DNA of 40,546 nucleotides, from positions 1 through 40,546 of IMG/VR virus record IMGVR_UViG_3300045970_000141, one strand, 5' to 3'. The stretch is from a virus. The translations under genes and the position numbers were made by a program. Positions 29,369 through 37,010 of this stretch are shown piece after piece. Numbering within the stretch: position 1 is the first letter of the stretch; each line of letters begins with the position of its first letter. The notes beneath the pieces are model-generated. The model had not been told where the DNA came from and did no database searches. It saw nothing but the letters and a program-made list of their open reading frames with translations.

Positions 29369-29869
29369 CTAGAACTCCCAGCGAGCCGATGGCCCGAAGT
29401 ACCACGCATCAGCCTTGATTGCCCCTACCCCCAGCCATATGGGGCCAAGCACCCTCACGGTAGCGTCCCCCTCGAAAGCCCACCGACCCGAAGAAAGGTC
29501 GATTCCCCCTAGGGCCGAGAGGGCGAACACGGGCCTGTTTTCGGTCACCTTGGAGGCTTCCTCCTTGGTGTCGATGGTCCGGTCCACGCCACCCTCCTTG
29601 ACGACGCGGGTGACGATCTTCTCCTTCTCAATGACCTTCTCCACTGTAACCGTTGGGCCAGCGGGGCCAGGAACCGTCACGGTTCGGGTGGTGATCCTCT
29701 CCGGCCCCTTCTCGGTGACGATCCGGTCCTTCCACTTCACCACCTCGACCTCCTTGGTCTGGATGACCACCTTTTCGGTCACCTTGGGAGGCAGGGTGTA
29801 TTTGGCGATGACGATCCCACCAACGAGGCCAGAAAGAGCGACTAGCGCGTATTTCATCCATGGCGTCAT
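29369..29869 (-). CDS. Membrane-anchored protein (166 aa) with a K/E/V/T-rich extended middle and a beta-rich C-terminus ending ..ARWEF.
   Basis: The ATG at 29869 forms an ATGA overlap with the upstream stop. N-terminal anchor MKYALVALSGLVGGIVIAKY. No Cys and no lipobox. The N-terminal 119 aa of the track ORF are rejected. Confidence 0.6.
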   Translation of the reverse strand: MTPWMKYALVALSGLVGGIVIAKYTLPPKVTEKVVIQTKEVEVVKWKDRIVTEKGPERITTRTVTVPGPAGPTVTVEKVIEKEKIVTRVVKEGGVDRTIDTKEEASKVTENRPVFALSALGGIDLSSGRWAFEGDATVRVLGPIWLGVGAIKADAWYFGPSARWEF

Positions 29870-30036
29870 GTCACCCTCTGGTCGGGTAGCTGCGCGATCT
29901 GGTGCTTGGCTAGCTTCCATGCCTGCTGCATGATCCACGACAGGCTTCGATCTAGGCGCGCAGCCTCCATGCTGATCTCCTCCACCATCTCGACGGGGAA
30001 GTAGAGCGACTGTTTGCAATGCTCCTTGGCGATCAC
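29866..30036 (-). CDS. Ribbon-helix-helix (CopG/Arc-like) protein (56 aa, GTG start).
   Basis: KQSLYFPVEMVEEISMEAARLDRSLSWIMQQAWKLAK follows the RHH strand-helix-helix pattern. GTGA overlap with the upstream stop at 30033-30036. Confidence 0.65.
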   Translation of the reverse strand: MIAKEHCKQSLYFPVEMVEEISMEAARLDRSLSWIMQQAWKLAKHQIAQLPDQRVT

Positions 30037-30428
30037 ATCGCCACCCGCTGGGGCCAGAAGAGGAAGCCAGCCGCGATCCCGACCATGCACATGAGGAACG
30101 GGGTGCGGACGATGCGGAGCCAGCCGGGGAGCGTGTCCCGGGCCACCCCGGCCAGGAAGATGTCCGACAGGATGATGATGACCGCGATGATCGCCCAGCC
30201 GAGCCACCACCATGCCTTGTTGCCAAACGGGTTCTGATCCATCCCGACCGTCATGAAGAAGTGCCCCGTGAGCACCCCCCACCCGTAGGGCACGAACATG
30301 AACTTGATCGCTCCATCTTTCATAAAGACGGAGATCGGTTCTTGGTGAGTGGCGACGAGGTACAGTTCGTAGGCGAGCCACAGGGCTGCGGATACCCCGA
30401 GTACGATGGCAGTAACTAGCTGGATCAT
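30033..30428 (-). CDS. Four-TM membrane protein (131 aa). Holin or antiholin-like candidate.
   Basis: ATGA overlap at 30425-30428. Four hydrophobic segments are visible. The N-terminal 112 aa of the track ORF are rejected. Confidence 0.6.
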   Translation of the reverse strand: MIQLVTAIVLGVSAALWLAYELYLVATHQEPISVFMKDGAIKFMFVPYGWGVLTGHFFMTVGMDQNPFGNKAWWWLGWAIIAVIIILSDIFLAGVARDTLPGWLRIVRTPFLMCMVGIAAGFLFWPQRVAM

Positions 30429-30676
30429 GTGGGCTCCCTCTTCATGGAAGCCACCTTCTCGGTGGCGGTCGTGGCCTTGCGCCCGAAGTAGAGGAAGAAC
30501 ACCGGGGTGAGCCACGCATCGATCTCGGCGGTAGTGACGGAAGCGAGCGTGTGCCCGAACACGGAGACGTTGCCTAGCAACCACTTGATCGCGACCACGG
30601 TGAAGGTGACGAAGACCAGCGTGGCCGATAGCGAGGGCTCCCCGGTGACGGGATCGTTGAACACGGGCAGCTTCAC
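30425..30676 (-). CDS. Two-TM small membrane protein (83 aa). Holin candidate.
   Basis: It lies directly downstream of the lytic enzyme gene. Two hydrophobic segments and a charged C-terminus. Confidence 0.6.
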   Translation of the reverse strand: MKLPVFNDPVTGEPSLSATLVFVTFTVVAIKWLLGNVSVFGHTLASVTTAEIDAWLTPVFFLYFGRKATTATEKVASMKREPT

Positions 30677-31038
30677 GCGATGACCTCCAGATCGATGTCG
30701 CTAGATTTCCAGATGTATTCTCTGATGGACCTAGGCAGGATGATGCAGCCTTGGCTAGCCTCACCTGGGAACTTCACGCTATCCCCGTGGATCAAAAACC
30801 CGGCCCTGCCGAATACGGAGCCGGGGTCTTTCGGGGCCAGCCGAAGGCAGAACGGGCCGTGGGATGGGGAGTCGAAGAGCGCGATGATCTGCCACGCCCC
30901 CCGAGGAATTGGGCCCTTGTTCTTCTGGTCCTGACAGTTCGGGTCGTTCTTGCATTCGCCGCACCCGCTATAGCCAGTAGCGATCAAGTCCCCGGCCACC
31001 CCCCGCCACTCCCCTTTGCTCTGGCTATAGGTCCACAT
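30673..31038 (-). CDS. Tlde1/DUF2778-like L,D-transpeptidase-fold enzyme (121 aa). Putative endolysin.
   Basis: The motifs YSGCGECKNDP, KGPIPRGAW, GRAGFLIHGD and EASQGCIIL match the His...(S/T)xGC catalytic arrangement of the DUF2778/Tlde1 family. It lies next to the holin candidates. Confidence 0.68.
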   Translation of the reverse strand: MWTYSQSKGEWRGVAGDLIATGYSGCGECKNDPNCQDQKNKGPIPRGAWQIIALFDSPSHGPFCLRLAPKDPGSVFGRAGFLIHGDSVKFPGEASQGCIILPRSIREYIWKSSDIDLEVIA

Positions 31039-31040
31039 GG

Positions 31041-31943
31041 CTAGCCCGTGGTCTGGAACGTCAGGTTGTCGAGGGGGATCGTGGTTCCTGACGCTAGAAC
31101 CCGTTCGCAGCTAAAGGCCATATTCCCGCCGATTATGGTCACGCGCATATACTCCGAGAACAGCACCAGCGACGGATCTTCCCCGGCTCCCAGATAGACG
31201 AAATTCCCGTAGGGAGGCATCCCAGTGATCGTGAACAGCGTCTCGCTTCCCACCGTTGGGCCCGTGGTGACCACCTTGCCGTAGAAGACGATCGTGCTGC
31301 CCGCGACCTTCCGCCATCGGAGCCCAAGCGTGGTGGCATTGACTCCGTTGGTAGGCTGGGCCCACGCAGAAAGGGCCCCGGCGTTATCCACATACGCCTT
31401 CGTGGCCGCGTCCTGCGCCAACGTGGGGTCGAGCAGGTTCACGATCTTCTGGTTGCCAGCGCTTGCTCCGGCCGAAAGCACCGCCTGCGCCGTGAAGGTC
31501 GCTACCCCGGTGACCCCGAGGGTTCCCGTGATGCCCGCATCCCCGCCGACTCCAAGGTCGCCCGTGACGCCCACGTTGCCGCCGACCGAGGCGTCCGTCG
31601 TGACCGTGATGTTGCCCGGGAATACCCAGTTCACCACCGCGAGAACCTTTGCCCAGGTAGCCGCGATGACGCCTAGAGCAGAGAAGCCTCCAGTGCCAGC
31701 GCCAGAGCGGTAGAGGCCGGTACCTCGCTCCAGGTCGAAGGTGATACCGGGTGCCGCCGAAGAACCGTCCGCGTGGGGGAACGGAGAGGCCATCCCGCCC
31801 TTGCCGGTACGGGAAAGGCTGTCCTCCAGCATCGCCGCGATATCGGTATTCGTGGCGTTCTGGACCGACGCCATGGCGGCTGTCCCACCGACAACCGGGT
31901 TACCGGTGGGAAGGGTAACCGTTCCGTCCAACGCTCTAGGCAT
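31041..31943 (-). CDS. Tail fibre protein (300 aa).
   Basis: The N-terminal LPTGNPVVGGT...DIAAMLEDSLSRTGKGGMASPF...SAAPGITFDLERGTGLYR and the later NQKIVNLLDPTLAQDAATKAYVD are classic conserved tail-fibre motifs. Confidence 0.85.
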   Translation of the reverse strand: MPRALDGTVTLPTGNPVVGGTAAMASVQNATNTDIAAMLEDSLSRTGKGGMASPFPHADGSSAAPGITFDLERGTGLYRSGAGTGGFSALGVIAATWAKVLAVVNWVFPGNITVTTDASVGGNVGVTGDLGVGGDAGITGTLGVTGVATFTAQAVLSAGASAGNQKIVNLLDPTLAQDAATKAYVDNAGALSAWAQPTNGVNATTLGLRWRKVAGSTIVFYGKVVTTGPTVGSETLFTITGMPPYGNFVYLGAGEDPSLVLFSEYMRVTIIGGNMAFSCERVLASGTTIPLDNLTFQTTG

Positions 31944-34159
31944 TACTTCTCCTTTTCAGCCAGCAAGCTAGCCATCACTGCGGATATGCCCTTGGGCAGG
32001 GCGCCCGCTTCCGGGTTCAAGGTAAGCTGCTCCCATGGCTGCGTAGGATTCGACATCGCGAGCTTCAGGGCCCCTGCCTTGGCGGCCATGTTCCGTTCTG
32101 TCGCCGCAGCTAGCTGGTGACCGTACTTGCCCCCGAGGAACTGAAGCCCCTCGATGCCCATGATCCCGGCGCCAGCGAGAGCCCCGGCGATTGGGTGACC
32201 AGCGGCGAATCCGAAACCGGCACCGCCTACACCACCCGCTAGCGACCTACCAGCGTATCTGGAAGCCTTGAACCCCTCCCCGGCCGCCGACATCCTGTTC
32301 TGGCCGCGCTGTAGCGTGGGGAGCACCGTGAGCAGGCTGTGAAGCTGGTTGTTGGCTTCCAGGAAGGGGGCATAAAGCTCGGGAGCGTGCGTCTGGACCG
32401 CAGATTCCGCCTCGTCCTTCAGGATCCCGGCGATCCTCTGCCGAAGCTGGAGATCGGGAGACATTGCGATGGCCGCTTCGGGCTTGAACGGGTTTCGCTG
32501 CGAGCCGGTCAGGTTCACTTCTCGCTGGAGCCACCGCTTGAAGTTGAGGGCTTCGCTAAGGCTCATCCGAGCCGGGTCGAAGTTCACGGTGGTCGGCGAC
32601 GGTCCCGGTATCTCGGGTACGGACGGTCCCGGGGACATCTGCTGCTGGCGGGCAAGGCCCTGCGCGGTAGGCGGATCCTGCTGGTAGATCGGGTTCCCCT
32701 CGACGAGCCTAGCTTCTGGGGTGCCGAACATATCCCGCTGCACGCCAACGGTCTGTCCGATGGCCTCCGGGGGCTGGGGAGGAGCCTCGACGGGCTTCGC
32801 CTTGTTTCCGCTCCAGTTCGTCCCGTACTCGGCAGGCTCGTAGGGGGTGTATTGGCTTCTGGGAGGCACGGTTTCCGGCCCCGCTTGAAGCTGCGTCCGG
32901 GTGAGCGGCAGACCCTCCTGCTGCACGAGTTCCGTTGCCACCTGCCTAGGCGCGGGCTGGGTGACCCCCGGCCCTGCCGTGATTGGTCCCTCTACGGGTA
33001 GCCCCAGCGAGCCCGTCTCTCCTTCTCCGAAGCGGACGTTGGTGCTGGTCGGGCGAGCCCGCGTCGCCTCGTCGCGGAACTCCTGGAGGAGCCTGCGGGC
33101 ATCTACCCCTGCGGCGCCGCCACCGAAGGCCCTCGACGGAGAGGTATCGGCCGCCTCTACGGCCTTCTCCACCCGCCCGAACAGGCTGTCGAGGTCGATC
33201 GCGTTCGACCGCTTGAGGTCCACCGCATCCGTGATTTCCCGAAGGATGGGCGTGTAGTGGCTGTCGATCTTCCCGGCGTTGGCGAGGATGTCGGTCGCAT
33301 CATCCGTGGGTCCGACCATGGGCCGCTTGGCGTCGGGGAGGGTGGTTCCCTTCGGGCCCCGAGGAGCCGGATTCTGGATGCTGTTCCACCAGCGCGACAG
33401 GACGTTGCCGGTCGCCTTGGGCTTCGGAGCTTCCGGGACGGCAAGGCTATCCACGATACGCCCAGCGTCCAGGCCAACGTCGCCATACGGAGTACCGAAC
33501 TTTTCGCGGAGGATGGCGTTCTCGGCCTCTCCTGCTCCGGTTGCCTTGAGGGACGAGCGGGATGCAGCGTCGGTCAGCTTGCCTTCTGCCCAGCCCAGCG
33601 CCCGGGGAGCCCCCTCCATGAACTTCCCGAAGAATGCGCCTTCCGCCATGTCCCGGGCCTTGCCGTAGAGGTCGGGAGCCTCCGAAAGCAGGGCTCCAGA
33701 GAGGGCACCTTGGGTGGCGACTCCCGATCCAGGGATGAGGGCGTTGTAGGGCATCGTCCCCAAGCCCGAGAAGACCGCGCTAGTGAACGGGGCCTTTTTT
33801 TCGTCCTCCACGTTGCGAAGCTCGACCATCATCTGCGCCTTCTCTGGCGGCAGATCGGGGTAAAGAATCTTCCCCAAGGCGCGAGTGCCTCCAAACTGCC
33901 TAGGGAGCGAGAACAGCCCCTTGTTGAAGGCAGACGGGGCCGCCTTCGCCATTTCCAGTGCGGACTTGACCGATCCGCGAACGTATCGCTCCGTCGTCCC
34001 GACGTTGCCGGAGTAGGGATCCGGGGTCATCGCTGCGGGAGGCTGAACGGCCCGGGTTCGCCACCCGCCGTCAGCGGCATCCGGACTAGGCGAACTAGCG
34101 ACAGGAGCCGCCTCGGGGGCAGCCTGACCTACCGGAGTCGCGTTGGCTCGCCAGTCCAT
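31943..34159 (-). CDS. Large internal virion / ejection protein candidate (738 aa).
   Basis: It lies in the block between nozzle and tail fibre, as in T7-type genomes. Pro/Gly/Ala-rich with a Gly-rich hydrophobic C-terminal segment. No family recognised. Confidence 0.5.
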   Translation of the reverse strand: MDWRANATPVGQAAPEAAPVASSPSPDAADGGWRTRAVQPPAAMTPDPYSGNVGTTERYVRGSVKSALEMAKAAPSAFNKGLFSLPRQFGGTRALGKILYPDLPPEKAQMMVELRNVEDEKKAPFTSAVFSGLGTMPYNALIPGSGVATQGALSGALLSEAPDLYGKARDMAEGAFFGKFMEGAPRALGWAEGKLTDAASRSSLKATGAGEAENAILREKFGTPYGDVGLDAGRIVDSLAVPEAPKPKATGNVLSRWWNSIQNPAPRGPKGTTLPDAKRPMVGPTDDATDILANAGKIDSHYTPILREITDAVDLKRSNAIDLDSLFGRVEKAVEAADTSPSRAFGGGAAGVDARRLLQEFRDEATRARPTSTNVRFGEGETGSLGLPVEGPITAGPGVTQPAPRQVATELVQQEGLPLTRTQLQAGPETVPPRSQYTPYEPAEYGTNWSGNKAKPVEAPPQPPEAIGQTVGVQRDMFGTPEARLVEGNPIYQQDPPTAQGLARQQQMSPGPSVPEIPGPSPTTVNFDPARMSLSEALNFKRWLQREVNLTGSQRNPFKPEAAIAMSPDLQLRQRIAGILKDEAESAVQTHAPELYAPFLEANNQLHSLLTVLPTLQRGQNRMSAAGEGFKASRYAGRSLAGGVGGAGFGFAAGHPIAGALAGAGIMGIEGLQFLGGKYGHQLAAATERNMAAKAGALKLAMSNPTQPWEQLTLNPEAGALPKGISAVMASLLAEKEK

Positions 34160-35305
34160 TTACTTCACCTCCTGGAATCCCTCTGCCTTGGCGGCCTCGA
34201 TATCCTTGCGGTTCATCCGGGGGATGTCGAACGTCTCGTTGCCCTTCGCCATGCGGACGGTGATCTCCTCGGGAAGCATTTTCCCGGCCGTCTGGAGGGC
34301 TTCGAGGACGCCTTCCTTCGGCGTGAAGTTATCGTCCATGTAGTCGTGGACCCCGAGCGTCTTGGCGATCCCACGGACCTGATCCGGGTAGTGCTTCGTC
34401 ACTCTGGGATAAGCCTGAACTTGGCGCAGGAAGACATCGGCGCCCACGGCCTTTGCGTGCCGGTTTTCTCGCTCGATCACGCCGAGCAGGTTCTTCAGGA
34501 AGACCTTTTCATTGGCTCCCGGCATTCCGCTGGTGACCCAGTTGTGGATCTGGGAGGTGGTCATATTCATGGTGTTAGGCGCCAGATCCTTGATGCCCTG
34601 GATTGTCGGCGCGTAGCCGCCATTCACCATGGAGGCGACAGTCTGCACTGCCTCGTTCACCATCTGTGGAGGCACCTTGTCGAGATCCTGATCCGGTGTA
34701 GCCATCAGGAGCCGGAAACCACGATGTCCACGCAGGTTGATGATGCCGGATGCCCCGAGTCCCGACCGGGAGGATTGCAGATAGGGGTCGATGCGCTTCG
34801 AGAAATCCTTGAGGTCGTTCGTGGCCCGATCGAGTTCCTTTGCGTCGGCCCTAGCCTGGAAGTTCGCCCCAGTGCCCTTATCGGACACGAGGTCGTATTC
34901 CCCGGTGTGCTGGTTCAGGGCATAGGTGCCGGAGGGCGTATTGATCAGGCGATTCGGATTCTGGGCCGCCAGCGTCTTCGCCAGCATATTCTGGCCCTCG
35001 ATCTGCTTCGTCTGGATAGCCCGGTTAAGGCGAGACTCCTCCTTGTCGTGGGCCATCCTCTCCTGCATGGCCTGACGCTCCTGCCCGTACTGCATTCGCT
35101 TTTCGAGGCCGGTGAACAGGTCTTTCTGCTCCCCCGCCGCCTGCGCCTGTAGCCCCTGCGCCTGCGCGGCCGGATCAAGGGCCTGCGCCCCCACCATCGC
35201 CGCACCCTTCTTGAACCGGAGTAGCTCGGATAGCGCCTGCGCGGCCGACTTGGAGTCGGGGGTATCCCCCATCAGCAAATCGTAGACCTCGTTGCCGGGG
35301 GGCAT
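34160..35305 (-). CDS. Internal virion protein candidate (381 aa).
   Basis: Positional assignment. Q-rich coiled-coil N-terminus. Confidence 0.5.
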   Translation of the reverse strand: MPPGNEVYDLLMGDTPDSKSAAQALSELLRFKKGAAMVGAQALDPAAQAQGLQAQAAGEQKDLFTGLEKRMQYGQERQAMQERMAHDKEESRLNRAIQTKQIEGQNMLAKTLAAQNPNRLINTPSGTYALNQHTGEYDLVSDKGTGANFQARADAKELDRATNDLKDFSKRIDPYLQSSRSGLGASGIINLRGHRGFRLLMATPDQDLDKVPPQMVNEAVQTVASMVNGGYAPTIQGIKDLAPNTMNMTTSQIHNWVTSGMPGANEKVFLKNLLGVIERENRHAKAVGADVFLRQVQAYPRVTKHYPDQVRGIAKTLGVHDYMDDNFTPKEGVLEALQTAGKMLPEEITVRMAKGNETFDIPRMNRKDIEAAKAEGFQEVK

Positions 35306-36189
35306 CAGATTTTCTCCTGTTCCCTGAGATACCGGGCCATCAGGCTCTCGTAGCCACGGCTGCGCCGGGGGTCCGTTTCCGGGTACTCCAAGCTACGGAA
35401 GCCGAACCCTCGACTCCTCCGGGGATCCGACTCTGGGGCCGGGTAGCCACGGCCACGCTGCGGGTCCATATCCGTAAGCTCCGACGCCCCTCCGACCTCT
35501 TCCGGGAGGACCGGGGCGCCGTACCCGCGACCTCGACGGGGGTCGTTCTCGGGGACTCCGGGCTCCGTATAGCCCCGCCCGCGCTGCGGACTCATGTCGG
35601 TCAGCAGGGACGCCCCGCCGTCTTCTGGCGTCGGCCCTGGAGCCCGCTGGGAGGTCGCTAGTGGCTTCTTGGCAGGCCCCTGCGGTACGTCGATCTGGCC
35701 GAAGTTCACCTGACCCGGCATCGGAGCCGAGGTGGGATCCGGCTGGAGCGGGGAGGGCGGGCCGTACTTCTCGTTGGCCTGCCGCGTCAAAAGGTCGCTA
35801 GCCTCCCCCTGCTTCCATGCGTTGTAGGCGTCGGTGGTGCCCCGCTTCGTCCGCAATCCAGCGGCGAGCGCGTCGTTCAGCTTGTGCTCCTCGATCTTGC
35901 CACCGCCGCGCCGGAAGGCACTCAGCAGCATCTCGGACGGGTCTGCCGCCACGTAGATGCCGTTTCGCACCGACCCGCCACTCGCCATCGGGGTGTTCGA
36001 TTGCTCCGTCGCCTTCGTAAGCTGCTGCTGGAGAAGGGCCTGATCCTCCCCGTGCGTCGACAGGTTCGACAGGGCCGACCGAAGGGCCCCGGGCTGATTC
36101 GCGAGCATCCGTAATTCGCCCGGGCCGTTGCCGGTGCCCGCTAGCGACTTCAGATACTCCTCGATGATTTGCTGCTCTTGGGGAGTCAT
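35305..36189 (-). CDS. Internal virion protein candidate (294 aa) with C-terminal DPxR(G/S)RG(Y/F) repeats.
   Basis: The ATG at 36189 has an AAGGA SD and follows the upstream stop at 36198. The N-terminal 68 aa of the track ORF are rejected. I counted five repeat motifs by hand. Confidence 0.55.
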   Translation of the reverse strand: MTPQEQQIIEEYLKSLAGTGNGPGELRMLANQPGALRSALSNLSTHGEDQALLQQQLTKATEQSNTPMASGGSVRNGIYVAADPSEMLLSAFRRGGGKIEEHKLNDALAAGLRTKRGTTDAYNAWKQGEASDLLTRQANEKYGPPSPLQPDPTSAPMPGQVNFGQIDVPQGPAKKPLATSQRAPGPTPEDGGASLLTDMSPQRGRGYTEPGVPENDPRRGRGYGAPVLPEEVGGASELTDMDPQRGRGYPAPESDPRRSRGFGFRSLEYPETDPRRSRGYESLMARYLREQEKI

Positions 36190-36197
36190 GTGGATCC

Positions 36198-37010
36198 TTA
36201 TCCGAACATCGAGCCGATACCGCCGATCATGTCCCCGAACCCACCGAACAGACCCTTGTTCTTCGACTCGTTCTGCTTGTTTTGGACGGAGAAGCGGTCG
36301 AGGTCGCTCTGCCACTGCATCCCGGCTGCGTTGAGATCCTGCGAACCCTGCCCGTAGTTGGGTGCCTGATCGTTCAGCATGGATTGCATCCACTGAGCCT
36401 GCTGGAAGGGCTGGTTGGCGTCGGCCCGGTCCTGCACCTGCTGCGCCTGACCCGCGCCGATCGACCTGCTAAAGAGGTCGCCGTAGGCGTCGTTCATCTG
36501 GTTGCCGAAGGTCCGGCTAGAGTTCACGTTGGCTTCGGTGCCAGCCCCTAGACCCTGATTCGCCATCTTCGCGTCGAAGGCGCTCTGGTTGGCGTTCCAC
36601 TGCGGGCCTAGTCGGGCCGCGCCTTGGTTGTAGACGGTATCGAATGCTCGTTGCCCACCTGCCAGTGGATCCCTCTGGGACGAGTTCACCATCCCGCCGA
36701 GGAGCCCTTGGAAGGCGTCATTCGCTTGCCCGGTGAAGCCCATCTTGGATACCGGACGCCCGTCCGGGCCAGTGCTCCAGGTCTGCCCGCCCAGCGCGTT
36801 CTCGGTATTCGGGCGCGTGCTAATGCTCTGGTCCTGGGCCGCCTTCTGGTAATTCGGAGCATTCGGCAACTGCGGGGTACTCCCGCCTCCGAAGCCACCC
36901 AGAAGACCACCCATCACGCCGCCAGCGGCAGCACCCCACGGACCCAGCACGGCGCCACTCCCAGCACCCGACATCGCTCCACCGGCTGCGCCCTTAAGAT
37001 CGAAACCCAT
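36198..37010 (-). CDS. Gly/Gln/Asn-rich internal virion protein candidate (270 aa).
   Basis: Positional assignment. Gly-rich hydrophobic N- and C-termini. TAATG overlap with the upstream gene. Confidence 0.5.
   Translation of the reverse strand: MGFDLKGAAGGAMSGAGSGAVLGPWGAAAGGVMGGLLGGFGGGSTPQLPNAPNYQKAAQDQSISTRPNTENALGGQTWSTGPDGRPVSKMGFTGQANDAFQGLLGGMVNSSQRDPLAGGQRAFDTVYNQGAARLGPQWNANQSAFDAKMANQGLGAGTEANVNSSRTFGNQMNDAYGDLFSRSIGAGQAQQVQDRADANQPFQQAQWMQSMLNDQAPNYGQGSQDLNAAGMQWQSDLDRFSVQNKQNESKNKGLFGGFGDMIGGIGSMFG

Noticed and set aside
29870-30226. N-terminal extensions of track ORFs: 29369..30226, 29866..30381, 30033..30764, 35305..36393, 11851..12561, 22674..23012, 23130..23858, 24117..24848, 25145..25867, 26050..26481, 26734..27147, 27045..27350, 27242..27703, 27418..27879.
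   Set aside because: The extended parts overlap the preceding gene out of frame and translate to Arg/Gly/Pro-rich junk. Internal ATG or GTG codons that form 1-4-nt overlaps or short gaps with the upstream stop give compact, coherent genes.
31041-31943. A diversity-generating retroelement acting on the tail fibre, as in some GC-rich podoviruses.
   Set aside because: I did not recognise a reverse transcriptase ORF anywhere in the genome, nor a template or variable repeat pair near the fibre C-terminus.
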